From positions 80,292,001 through 80,356,000 of the forward strand of contig NC_086097.1 of the NCBI RefSeq assembly GCF_963921235.1: a stretch of 64,000 nt of DNA, given 5' to 3'. Both the position numbers and the translations under genes were made by a program. Under the pieces are notes generated by a model. It saw only the letters and a program-made list of their open reading frames with translations. It searched no databases and had not been told where the DNA came from. Below, piece after piece: positions 13,104-25,839 of the stretch. This DNA comes from Mobula hypostoma. Lineage: Eukaryota. Positions within the stretch are counted from its first letter, which is position 1. Each line of letters starts with the position of its first letter.

Positions 13104-13389
13104 TAAATCGTTTATCCCAGAACTATTGATTCCTTGAGTGGGACAATGGTCAATCAGTGAAAGTCAGTCTGGGATTGGTTACAGCTGAGCACTGGGTGCT
13201 GATTGTTTTGGCTCACCATAACAGAAACATCATCATTTGTGGATTCCTTTACATATCATACATTATCCTGGCATGGGCATATAACATGGAGTAGGGCAAT
13301 CAACGTGAGCAAGTGCATAAAAAGGGCTGCCTTTCAACCAGGTCCACGATCAACATTTAAAAGGCAGAGCTTTGTGGCAGTTTCTCTGA

Positions 13390-16300
13390 GTCAGGGAGCG
13401 GCCAATCAATGAGCGGAATTCATTGGAAAGGGCCAATAAAAATAACGCAACTGCAAGTGAGCTACAGTGACCAGGTCGCTGGCATTGAGTCTGGTGCTTA
13501 GAAGATTAGAGAAGTGAAGGGGACTACAGTGTCAGCAGAATAGAGATGAAATTCTGTGGATGTGATAGCGATACCCAGATGGTATGTTACCTCCTTGGTG
13601 CTAGAACAGGGATGTCTCGGTTCGGGTCTACAGCATTTTCAAGGATGAGAGTGAACAGCCAGAAGTCTTGGTGTATATTGGCACCAATGACATAGGTAGA
13701 CCAGGTGAGGAGGTCCTGAAGAGCGATTTTAGGGAGGTACATAAAAAATGAAAAATTGGACCTCCAGGGTAGTAATCTCTGGATCGTTTCCAGTGGCACA
13801 CACCAGTGAGGCTAAGAATAAGATGACTTGCAGGTGAATGCATGGCAGAGGAACTAGTGCAGCGGGTAGGGGTTCAGATTTACAGATCATTGGGAAATCT
13901 TCTGGGGAAGGTACGACCTGTACAAACGGGATGAGTCACACCTGAACACGAGGGGGGCAGGTTGGCTAGAGTTGTTCGGGAGGGTTTAAACTAATTTGGC
14001 AGGGGGATGGGAACCGAAGCGGTATGCTGAAGGTCAGGTAGTTGGTTTACAAATAGAGGCAATATGTAGTGAGACGCCTAGCAAGGAGAGGCAGATGATA
14101 GGGCAAATTTGCAGGCAACAGGATGAGTTGCAAAGTAAAAGGCAGACAAAATCAAATACAGTGCATACAGAACTGAAGGTGATATATTTTGATTGAGCGT
14201 AGTAGATGGAATAAGATAGGTGAGCTTGTAGCTCAAATGGTTCCATTTATTATCGAAGAGTGTATGCCGTATACAACCTGAAATACTTAAGTCTTCGCAG
14301 ATATCCACAAAAAAAAACATAAGAACCCCAAAAGATTGAAGAGCAGAAAAACATTAAAACCACAGCTCCAAGCAAGAACCCCTGCCCCATGCAAACAGCA
14401 GCAAACATCAACACACCAACCTGCCCCCACCCTCTCCCACCCATTTCAGCAAAAGAGCGTTTGTACCCACCACCCACTAAGCCACAGCAAAACATCCAAA
14501 GAGGGACCATGATCTACAGTCCACAAAAAACTATTGGTTACTGGGCAGTTCAACATGCCATAGGCGCTCTCTTTCTCACTAACAAAGGACAGAGAGATGT
14601 CACCCATTTCATAGCAAAAGGGGAAACCAACAAGCAGTCACTGTTAATGATACTACAGTCTGCCACAACGCTTTTTATTCCAAGATCCTCTGACTCAAGA
14701 ATCAGCAGCAAATTCTCCCTTCCACCGAGAGAAAGTGAGATTGCCTGACCTCAGAGACCTCTGTCTGCACATCTGCCGCAGCAAAATCCTGATGTTCCTT
14801 CTCATGCGATTCCTCAGTCGGCAACACCAGCCTGGAATCGATCATCCACAGGGATGTGCAGGGCCACACCCGGGAAGTGCCATCTTCTATGTCGTGTCTG
14901 GAGAATGTTGGAAAACGGTCAGCCGGCAAACTCCAGGAACAGGAACTCATCTGCCATTAAAAAAAAATGCAGTTTGAGTGCCATTGCAGATCAGGACCTC
15001 GATAAAACCCCAGCCACCTTGAAAAGGGGGAGAAAACATTAAACAGAGAACTTAAAGCTGTTTCTGCAGATGATTTCAAAGAGGCAGCCATTTGGTGCCA
15101 TTTTAACTGTACCCATTTACAAATTGTCATGTCTGATGTTGTAGGCATCTCTAAATCATGGCTGAAAGAAGATCATAACTGGGAGCTTAACTTCCAAGGA
15201 AACACATTGTATTGAAAGGACAGCTGGTAAGCAGAGAGGATGGCATGGCTCTGTTGGTAAAAATGGAATCCAGTCCTTAGAAAGAGGTAAGAAGGGGTCA
15301 GAAGGTATAGTATCGTTGTGAGTAGAACTGCAAGAGTAACAAGACCCCGACTGGAATTGTATACAGACCCCTAAACAGTAGTAAGGATATGGTCCAGAAA
15401 TTAGAATGAGAGATAGAAAATGCATGCCAAAAGGATGCAAAAGGATTACAATAGTCAAAGTGGATTTCAATATGCATGTAGATTGGGATGTTGGTGCAAG
15501 AGGGGGAGTTTGTAGAATGCCCATGAAATGGCTTTTTGGAGCAGCTCGTGGTTGAGCCCATTGGGAGATCAGCTATTCTGGGTTGGGTGCTGTGCAATGA
15601 AGCAGAAATGATTAGAGAGCTTAAGGAAAAAGAACCCTTAGGGGTATGTGATCATAATATGATCAAATTCACTCTGAAATTTGAGAAGGAGAAGCTTAAG
15701 TCAGATGTATCAGTATTATGGTGGAGTAAAGGGAATTACAGCTGAATGAGGGAGCAGCGGGCCAAAATTGATTAGAAAAGAACACTGGCAGGGATGATGG
15801 CAGAGCAGCAATGGCTGGAATTTCTGGAAGCAGTTTGGAGGGCACAGGAGGCATTAGTAAAGATCTTTCAAGAATCACTATAATCTGGAATGGTTCCGGA
15901 AGACTGGAAAATTGCAAGTGTCACTCCACACTTTAAGAAGGGAAAGAGGCAGATGGAAGGAAATTATAGGCCAGTTAGTCTGCCTCAGTAGTTGGGAAGA
16001 TGTTGGAGTTGATTGTTAAGGGTGTGGTTTCAGGGTACTTGGAGGCACATGATTAGATTGACTATAGTCAGTATGGTTTCCTCAAGGAAAATCTTGCCTG
16101 AGAAATCTGTTGGAATACTTCGAAGAATTACCAGGCAGGGTATTTAAAGGAGAATCAGTTGATGTTGTGTACTTGGATTTTCAGAGGACCTTTGACAGGG
16201 TGCCACATATAAGGTTGCTTAACAATTTAAGAGCCCATGGTACTACAGGAAAGATTCTAGCATGGATAAAGCAGTGGCCGATTGGCAGGAGGCAGAATAG

Positions 16301-17350
16301 GAATAAAGGGAGCCTTTTCAGACAGGCTGCAAGTGACTTGTGGTGTTCCACAGGGGTCTGTGTTGGGACTACTTTTTATTTTATATGTCAATGACTTGGA
16401 TGATGGAATTGATGGCTTTTTTGCAAAATTTGCAGATGATATGAAGATAGGTAGAGGGGCAGGTAGTTTTGAGAAAGTAGAGAGGCTAAAGAAGGACTTA
16501 GACGGATTAGGAGAATGGCCAAAGAAATGGCAGATGGAATATAGTGTTGGGAGGTGTATGGTCCTGCACTTTAGTAGAAGAAATAAAAGGGTAGACTATT
16601 TTCTAAATAGAGAGAAAATTCAAAAATCAGAGATGCAAAGGGACCTGGGAGTCCTTGTGCAGGATTCCTTTAAGGTTAATTTGCAGGTTGAGTCTGTGGT
16701 GAGGAAGGCAAATGCAATGTTATTTCAAGAAATTCAAGAAATTCATTTCAAGAGGACTGAATATAAAAGCAAGGATGCAATGTTGGGACTTGAAAAAGCA
16801 CTGGTGAGGCCTCACTTGGAGTATTGTGAGCAGGTTTGGGTCCGTTACCTTACAAAGGATATACTGAAACTTGAGAGGGTTCAAAGGAGGTTCACAAAAA
16901 TGATTCCAGGATTGGAGGGTTTGAAGAGAATTTGATGGCTCTGGGCCTGTATTCACTGGAATTCAGAAGAATGAGGAATGATCGAATTGACACCCATCAA
17001 ATTGTGAAAAACCTTGATAAAGTGGAGGCAGAGAGGATGCTTCCTATGGTGGGAGAGTCTCAGACCAGTAGACATAGCCTCAGAATAGAGGGGCATCCTT
17101 TTAGAACAGAGTTGAGGTGGAAATTATTTCACTAGTAAATGGCATATCTGTGGAATTCTTTGCCACAGGCAGCTGTGGAGGCCAAGTCTTTATGTATATT
17201 TAAGGCAGAGGTTGATAGATTCTTGATTAGTCAGGGCATGAAGGGATATGGGGAGAAGGCAGGAGACTGGGGCTGAGAGAAAAAAATGGATCAGCCATAA
17301 TGAAATGGCAGAGCAGAATCAATGGGTACAATGGCCTAATTCTGCTCCTA
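13390..17350 (+). mobile_element. Second, older CR1 LINE family (esterase ORF1 remnant, APE, RT)
   Basis: Esterase-like IGTNDIGR coding near 13677-13700; APE remnants at 15140-15750; ORFs 16110-16935 YLDFQRTFDRVPH, GVPQGSVLG, KFADD; 3' end ggcctaattctgctccta. Confidence 0.9.
14232..15108 (-). mobile_element. Non-coding non-autonomous element with a Rex/Babar-like tail, inserted in the CR1
   Basis: Minus strand begins aaaatggcaccaaatgg and ends ttcaggttgtatacggcatacactcttcgataataaatggaacc; interrupts the CR1 APE region. Confidence 0.55.
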
Positions 17351-18596
17351 TACTGTATTTTACCAGAATAGGATTATAAGAATGGTCTTATAATCTTCAT
17401 TCCTTTAATGTTTCAGTGTCTAAACCCTGGAACTCCATACTTAACAGCACTGTTCACGTATCTTCTCCAATCGATCAAAGTCAGCTCACTTTTACCTTGA
17501 AAGAGGAAAGAAATGATAGTGAGACCCACATCGTGTAAACAATAAAAACATAGGAGTTTGAAATGTTCTAAAGTCAGGTGTGATTGGATGGGACAGATGG
17601 ACAGAAATTTGATTGTGCAACAATGAAAGGCAGGCCACTTGTAGGTTGAGCAGGTGTGGGGAGTGATGTTCAGGAGCAGATTTGTTGGTGCAGAAAAAGG
17701 GGATGTGTAGCAAGCTGTCAGTGAATATGTAACTTGCTACTGCTTTCCGGAGATGGCGAGGTCATTAAAGGAGGTCGCTGCACTAAATTCAGGAGTGTGG
17801 CTCAGTTCTTTTGTTGCAGTCCTCCCTGGTTCTGGCGGTGGCAGTTTGCTCCTCTAGTATTTCACTCTACAGCCTTCAGTGTTTTGACAGGGAAGATATC
17901 ACTGAACTGGACATGATCTATGAGTGATTTTAATCCTGTGGTATGGATTATAGTGCTGTCCAACACCATTGCACGGATCAGCGTGACGCTGACTTCTTTG
18001 CCTGCGCATTGCAGTGCAGAAGTCAGGAACAACTGGAAGTCAGATGCCAGAGCAATTATCCTTCTGTTCTACTATTGGACTGAGTCCAGAGCAAAACTCA
18101 GTCATGCTTAGCTGAGGGACAGGATATGCTTCATGCCTGATCCTTTAACTTTACCACAGCTGCGGCTGATGCATGTAACACAACCCCATTTATTTAACTG
18201 CAGTCCTGACCTGGATTGTATGCATGGAAAAAAATAGATATTTTTCTTTATTATACACATTAATATCTTTTAACCAATATATCTCAGGTATATACATTTT
18301 AAACAAATTTATTCTTCAATTTTAAGACATTTGAGGTGTTTTCCTAATTTATTACAATCTCTTGAAATATTTAAGATCTCTGAAGATCAGTGACATTTAA
18401 GAAACATTCACTGGTCTCTACAAAGAGTGAGCGATCAAAGGGTCAGTAAAACTGTCTGAGGATGGGTCGTCAGCATCTGCCGCCTGAGGACCAGGTGGTA
18501 CTTTCACACCACTCCACAGTGGAGGGTGGTTCTGGCAGAAAGGCCTGGAGTTTGATCTAAACCATGGTCTGCAAAACATTCGAAAAGATGGACGAA

Positions 18597-18962
18597 TAAT
18601 GCATAAGATGATGAGAGGCATTGATCGTGTGGATAGTCAGAGGCTTTTCCCCAGGGCTGAAATGGCTAGCATGAGAGGGCACAGTTTTAAGGTGCTTGGA
18701 AGTAGGTACAGAGGAGATGTCAGGGGTAAGTTTTTTTTATACGCAGAAAGTGGTGAGTATGTGGAATGGGCTGCCGGTGATGGTGGTGGAAGCGGATGCG
18801 ATAGGGTCTTTTAAGAGACTCCTGGATAGGTGCATGGAGCTTAGAAAAATAGAGGGCTATGAGTAACCCTCGGTAATTTCTAAAGTAAGGACATGTTCGG
18901 CACAGCTTTGTGGGCCGAAGGGCCTGTATTGTGCCATAGGTTTTCTATGTTGCTATGTTTCT
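18597..18962 (+). mobile_element. CR1 3' fragment, same family as 8150-13103
   Basis: KMMRGIDRVDSQRLFPRAEMASMRGHSFKVLGSRYRGD, with a (ctatgttt)-type tail. Confidence 0.9.
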
Positions 18963-19475
18963 AATAGTGTGTGTATGAACTATGGTACTGGACAGATCTA
19001 GCATAATCTATCCTACCGTCCTAACTTGCTTCTCTCACTTCTTACTTCTTCAAATTCCTTTTGGTCATGAAAAGTCAGAGTTCAGCTTGTATCATGCTGA
19101 TCATGATTGTCCCCATTTCTACCTGGTTGTTTCCAAACATGGAAACACAATGACAATGATGTGGCTGGATTGAAATGGCACTGACAAATGGTCTGATTTC
19201 AGACCTTTTCACTCAATCGCCCATGGAACTGCCTCAGGATCCCAGTGCATAACTAAAATAAAATATAGTCCCTAGAAAGGAAGCAGTCACAAGTATGTTT
19301 TGAATTTCATAACTAAGTTTCACACAACAAAGGAATATCCAAAGGCTGCCACCCCTATGATAATGATTATCCAGCCTGGTAGTTCTGACATTAGAAGTGA
19401 AATGAATTGCCAGCTTTACCTATGTTAAATGAGAGGTATTTTGGCCAGAACTTTAGCAAGGTTTAGTATACAATA

Positions 19476-20135
19476 GAATTGAATTGACTTTATTTCTTAC
19501 ATCCTTCACATACATGAGTAAAAATCTTTATGTTACGCCTCCATCTGAATATGCAATGTGCAATCATAGTAATTTATAATAATTTATTATAATTTATAAT
19601 AAATAGAACAATCAGTGCAACATAGAGTGCACTCAAATCAGCGTGAGTTCATCAGTCTGATGGCCTGGTGGAAGAAGCTGTCCCGGAGCCTGTTGGTCCT
19701 GGCTTTTATGCTGCGGTACTGCTTCCCGGATGGTAGCAGCTGGAATAGATTGCGGTTGGGATGGCTTGGGTCACCAATGATCCTATGGGCCCCTTTTACA
19801 CAACTGTCCTTGTAAATGTCCTGAATAGTTGGAAGTTCACATCTACAGATGCGCTGGGCTGTCCACACCACTCTCTGCAGAGTCCTGCGATTGAGGGAGG
19901 TACAGTTCCCATACCAGGCAGTGATGCAGCCAGTCAGGATGCTCTCAATTGTGCCCCTGTAGAAAGTTCTTAGAATTTTGGGACCCATGCTGAACTCTTT
20001 CAACTTTCTGAGGTGAAAGAGGTGCTGTTGTGACTTTTTCACCACACATCCGGTAAATACAGACCACGTGAGATCCTCGGTGATGTTTATGCCAAGGAAC
20101 TTAAAGCTGCTCACACTCAACCCCAGATCCACAGA
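19476..20135 (-). mobile_element. Rex1/Babar LINE 3' fragment
   Basis: ORF 19638-20201 SFKFLGINITEDLTWS...IESILTGCITAWYG...LLPSGKQYRS...DSFFHQAIRLMN, with a (tcaat)n tail near 19477. Confidence 0.9.
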
Positions 20136-21109
20136 TGTCCTGTCCAGTGCCTGTGGAGGGAAGGAGTACTGAATTAGGGTTTCAACCCAAAATGTCAACA
20201 ATTCCTTTCTCCCCAGCAGATCCTGCTTGAGCTGCTGAGTTCCTCCAGAAAATTCTTTGTTTACCGTCGACAGTACTTCTATGTGCTTGGAAGTTTTCTG
20301 TTAACATATTTTTAGTTAGTATTCTTTTTTTTAGTAGCTTTTTAAAATGTAACTTTGATGCTTGTGGCAGACATCAAAGCATGGTTGGGGTATTGCCGTC
20401 TGTCAAAGGGTTCCAGATGGTTTCTATTAACGTGGATTGATTTGACGCCTCCACATCAGCAGTCCATTATATTGTTCATGGTCCTGCTGTCACTCAGGAA
20501 TATCAGGGACAGTGAGTGTGGCTTCCTGGATCTGGAGAGAATGTATTTGTGTGAAAATGGAGGGATGCTATGGTAGATGGGGTGTGCTTCTCTCAGGAAA
20601 ATCAAAACCAAATTATTTCTAACAAGACTACTCAGTGCTCTGTTGTAATCTGACATTCTATATTCTAGATCTACCCACAACCCAACTGTTATTGAATTTC
20701 TTCAGTTTGGAACATCTTGAGAGGGATGAGCAAATCACAATTTAAAGAAAATTATTCTGCTACAGTATATTCAAAATACAGAATGTCAGGGTTGTCCTGT
20801 TAGAAATAATCACATTTCTTTACAACAGGTTCACTTTTCACGATGCTCTTTAAAATCTTTTTCATCATTGATTTTTAGTTTGCCTCTCATGGATTGTGCA
20901 TCTGTTTTCCTTAACATCTGGAGCAGTCAGATATTTACCTATGTTAAATATATTGTATTAATTAAAATTTCTGTTGTGTTTTTGGAAAGTATTTTATCAT
21001 GTCATGTAAGCAATTTACTTTTCATGATTTACATTTAAATAGATAAGTTTTCATTTGAATTCAACAACAACTCAATTACACACAGTTGCCTGCTGAATAA
21101 TCTTTCATT

Positions 21110-21440
21110 ATTCAAAGTTCAAGGTACATTTATTACCATAGTACACATACCATATGCAACCTTGAAATTCGTCTTCTTGCAGGCAGCCACAAAACAAAGT
21201 AATTCAATAGAATCCATGAACGACCCCCAAGCAACAAAGACCTTCAAACAACAACTTATGCAAATAATAAAAAAAGTAAAGAAGTAACACACAGAACATG
21301 ACTTGCAGGGTTTCAAAATGAATCCACAACCACCGAGCCAGTTCAGTGCTGCGGCAATTGCAGCCAGTCCAGGAGCCTGACAGCAGAAGGGTAACAACTA
21401 TACTTGCACCTGGCTGCGTTGACCCAAGACTCCTGCAGAC
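21110..21440 (-). mobile_element. Rex/Babar-type 3'UTR fragment or non-autonomous derivative
   Basis: Minus strand ends ttcaaggttgcatatggtatgtgtactatggtaataaatgtaccttgaactttga, the same tail type as 2350-2430 and 38490-38550. Confidence 0.6.
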
Positions 21441-22580
21441 CTGAAACTCTACATTTTTCTCTGTAGATACTGCTTGAACTGCTGAGTATTTTAACCATTT
21501 TCTGTTTATTTCCTAGTTATAATATCTTTGGTACTTTGCGTTTGAGAAATGGAAACAATTCTCAAGGGCAGAGAGGGATTGGTGAAATGGGCAGGCATGT
21601 GGCAGGTGAAATTTAATGCAGAGAAATGTTGTTATCATTAGGAAAGCACCATAGAAATCATTTAGAAAGGAGTTCAAGATCAGGAGTTGAACATATTGAA
21701 GGCTTTGAAAGTTGGAAAAGAATTGAACAGCCAGTTAAAATAAATGGGAAAGCATTGGCATTACCTTTAGTATTAAAACAGCCTTGTGCGTGATTTTTAA
21801 AAAAACACATAAAAAGTGAGAACATCAGTTGCAAGGTTCACAGATCAAGGATTTCTGGTTCCATTGTTGAATATGATGCTGAACCTGACACTGATGTTCC
21901 CCACTGAGGTGCTGTGATTTCTCACTGTTCACAGAGTGAAGCACAGCAAGTGCAGTCTTTGCAAGCAATCTTAAGACGCCCATTAAAATGCAAACAACAG
22001 CCTTTTCAGACCACCAGTTAGACCTCACTTAGTACTGGGTGAATTTCTCATTACCTCACTATAAGAAGGATATGATTCACCAGGATTCTGCCAAGATTGG
22101 AAGACTTTAGTTATGAAGAGAGATTGGGACAGGCTGGGTGTGTTACGCTAGAGCAGTGGTCACCAACCTTTTTAAGCCCAAGATCCCCTACCTCGACCTT
22201 AGTGAAATGCAAGATCTACCTACTAAATCGTTTAGAGAAAAAACAGCTCAGATTGTACTTCCAATTTGAGGCCTTTTATTTGTGCGAATTGCATTTGAAT
22301 TACACAAAATACTTATGTCAAACTTTCAAATTAATTCAAACAAGAAAACACTGTAACTAGCATATCAAACAGGCCATAGCTGTCTTTCTTTAAGAATATT
22401 ACAATACTTCACACCTTTAAATCTAAGTTTCATTATTTAATTTTATTTCAACGTGAAAAATAAATGAATAAGTATTGACTGTTGCATTTAGTGTGATGAC
22501 TGGGGCTGAATACTTTCTGCTAGTTCCCTGAAATTTGGCTCATAACTACAGACAGCCAGTCTGAGACAATCTGTAAGGTG

Positions 22581-25500
22581 AAGTGTTGCCAACTGTCACA
22601 TATTCCCCCCGCTAAGGTAGAGCGTTCCTAAGAAAACATTCGTGCCGAAATGCTTTATGCAGAAGAAGCGATGTATATGGAAAAAATTTTTGTGCGTTCC
22701 CAGAGCCAAAAAAATAACCTACCAAATCATACCAAATAACACATAAAACCTAAAATTGTCACAATGGGATGGCATTAGGAGCAAGGGTGGACCCAAATGC
22801 AAGACACATCTTGTGAGGTTACTTAAATTTAGTTTATTGTTTGAAACCAGGAGAGCAAGGCAGGAGTAGGAATAGTGAACTGAACAAGGACTGAGGACTA
22901 CAACTAGGCTGGGACCAAGGGTCTGGGCTAGGACTCGGAATCGGCTCCCAGAACTAGAGGAGACATGAGGAGGCTAGGGTATGGACTCTGAGCCAGAGAC
23001 TGGGCAAGGACCCAGTACCTGGGTCTTGCCTGGGGCTCGGACCCCAGAACCAGGCATGGACATGACATGGGCGAGGGAGAGGAGGAACATGGGAACACAG
23101 AGCCTCGGTCTCGGGAGAGCAGGTACATGGAACCATGGACACATACACAGAACACAGAGCCGGGACCCCTCCTTGGGTACAGGACATAGGGCCGGGACTC
23201 ACACACAGAACAGAGAGCTGGGACCCATCCTTGGGTACAGGACATAGGGCCAGGGCTCATGACTCGTGACCCCCCGTGGGGCAACGGCAAGACGGCCTGA
23301 CTTACCCCATGGAGGCGAGGACAAGACACGACAAGACATGATCCCTGTGGGGCAACGGCAAGACGGCCTGACTTACCCCACGGAGGCGAGGACAAGACAC
23401 GACCAACACGAAAGAACACCAGACAGTAGGACAGGAATCACAGACCACCAGGGCCAGGACTTGACTCGGAACGTGGTTGCCGCCAGGGGCAGGACTTGAC
23501 TCGGTACTTGAATGCCGCCGGAACCAGGACTTGACTTGGAGCCTCCGGGTAGTGGCGAGCTCTCAACTCGGCCCGGGAACAGTAGATAGCGGTTCCTGAT
23601 TCCTTCCAGCAGGTTAACTGACGGACCCACCTTAGTGAGGAAAATGTGCAGGCTCGCTTTGGTGAGGTTACTTGACAGGGTTGCTCCGGTGAGGAAAAGC
23701 AAATTACCGGCACTCGCTTTGGGTGGAGACTAGGCTTGCTGCGGCCAGATAACATTGGCACGCCGTACCTTAGTGACTTTGCAAATGATCTCGCGCCGAA
23801 CAGCTGAAAGCTGGAGACTATAAACTACTGGTTCAGTCGAGAGTAAATTGCCTCTAATCACCAAGGCCAAGGGATACGGGAAAACAGGGAACCAAAGGGA
23901 AACAGGGAGTCAACGGTCCGGATCATAACATAAACAAAATAAATTTAAAGGGACCCCGATCTGGACCATGACAGTACCCCCCGCTCAATGGGAGCCTCCA
24001 GGTGACCAACAGATTTGCCTGTATTATCGATGACCCGGGTGAGTGGGAGGGATTTGGCTGGTGGGCAAAACAGAACAACACCTTGACTTTCAGGCTGACA
24101 AGAGTTTGGAAAAACAGTTTGTGTCTGCTGGGTCCACGTTTGGCGAAAGTGTTCTATCACAATGGGATGACATTGGGAGCAAGGGTGGACCCAAATGCAA
24201 GACACATCTTGTGAGGTTAATTAGATTTAGTTTATTGTTCGATATCAGGAGAGCAAGGCAGGAGCAGGAATAGCGAACTGGACAAGGACTCAGGACTACG
24301 GCTAGGCTGGGACCAGGGGTCTGGGCTTGGACTCGGAATTGGCTCCCAGAACTAGAGGAGACATGAAGAGGCTACAGTATAGACTCCGAGCCAAGGACTG
24401 GGCAAGGACCCAGTACTTGGGTCTTGTCTTGGGCTCGGACCCCAGAACCAGGCAAGGACATGACATGGGCTAGGGAGAGGAGGAACATGGGAACACAGCG
24501 CCTCGGTCTCGAGAGAGCAGGTACATGGAACCATGGACACATACACAGAACACAGAGTCAGGACCCCTCCTTGGCTACAGGACATAGGGCCGGGACTCAC
24601 ACACAGAACAGAGAGCCGGGACCCCTCCTTGGGTACAGGACATAGGGCCGAGACTCATGACTCATGACCCCCCCGTGGGGCAACGGCAAGATGGCCTGAC
24701 TTACTCCATGGAGATGAGGATAAGACATGACAAGACATGCCCCCCCCCCGCGGAGCAACGGCAAGACGGCCTGACTTACCCCACGGAGGCGAGGACAAGA
24801 CACGACCAACACGAAAGAACACCAGACAGTACCTATCTAGCTCCGGTGATAGAACTAGACCGAGGTGCATGCGAGGGCTGAAGACGAGGGCTAGAGGCGA
24901 GAGGGGCAGAGAAGGGATTCAGACGGGAGTAAGAGAGGAATCACAGACCGCCAGGACCAGGACTTGACTCGGAACTTGGATGCCGCCAGGGCTGGGACTT
25001 GACTTGGTACTTGGATGCCACCAGGGCCAGGACTTGACTTGGAGCCTCCGGGTAGTGGCGAGCTCTCGACTCGGCCCGAGAATAGTAGACAGCGGTTCTT
25101 GATTCCCTCTGGCGGGTTAACTGACGGACCCACCTCGGTGAGGAATCTTTGCAGGCTCGCTTTGGCGAGGTAACTTGACAGGGTTGCTCTGGTGAGGAAA
25201 GGCAAACTACCGGCACTCGCTTTGGGCAGAGACTAGGCTTGCTCCGGCCTGATGACATTGGCATGCCGTACCTTTGGTGACTTTGCAAACGCTCTCGCGC
25301 CGAACAGCTGAAAGCCGAGGCTATAAACTACCGGTTCAGCCGAGAGTAAATTGCCTCTAATCACCAAGGCCAAGGGATACGGGAAAACAGGGAACCAAAG
25401 GGAAACAGGGAGTCAACGGTCCAGATTGTAACATAAACAAAGTAAATTTAAAGGGACCCCGATCCGGACCATGACAAAAATGACACTAACATATAGTAAA

Positions 25501-25727
25501 AGCAGGAATGATATGATAAATACGCAGCCTATATAAAGCAGAAATAATGAAGGTTAAGCCAAAACCGATTTGTGGGGTAAAAAATTCGGCACGTACACGC
25601 TTGCGCACACAGGTGCCCGTGCAAGACTTCATGGCCATGGTAGTCTTTCTCCGGGTAAACACAAGTGTCCCGGGATTTGACAGCTACTTTTGTCCCTTAT
25701 TTGGGAGTGAGAAAGTTGGCAACCCTA
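22581..25727. mobile_element. hAT-type MITE (about 420 bp without the LTR insert) inside the transposase C-terminus
   Basis: TIRs aagtgttgccaact / agttggcaacccta; imperfect 8-bp TSD gtaaggtg (22573-22580) / gtgaggta (25728-25735). Confidence 0.7.
22757..25476 (-). mobile_element. Non-autonomous LTR retroelement: LTR 22757-23973, 181-bp internal region, LTR 24155-25476
   Basis: Two ~1.2-1.3 kb direct repeats with tgtca..tgaca termini and an exact 5-bp TSD aaaat (22752-22756, 25477-25481). PPT gagcggggggtac lies next to the 3' LTR. A PBS and gtggacccagcagac (MDPAD-like gag start) lie next to the 5' LTR. Confidence 0.92.
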
Positions 25728-25839
25728 GTGAGGTATCTGTCAGTAAGTCAGCTCCTGTACTTAGATTTAATAATTTTCATCTGTGAAAATGCAATTTCAC
25801 ATAGATAAGTTGACCCAAAGTAGGCACTGACTTTTAGTT

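Larger units (their letters stand above)
8004..13223 (-). repeat. Gypsy 5' LTR (about 270 bp: 8004-8150 plus 13103-13223) split by a CR1 insertion
   Basis: Terminal inverted 7-mer tgttatg (8004-8010) / cataaca (13217-13223), adjacent to the PBS-like sequence of the Gypsy body. Confidence 0.6.

Noticed and set aside
22928..25288. Many overlapping ORFs and spaced short repeats suggestive of a CRISPR-like array
   Set aside because: GC-rich LTR sequence with internal tandem modules duplicated in both LTRs; no unique spacers, no cas genes, eukaryotic context.
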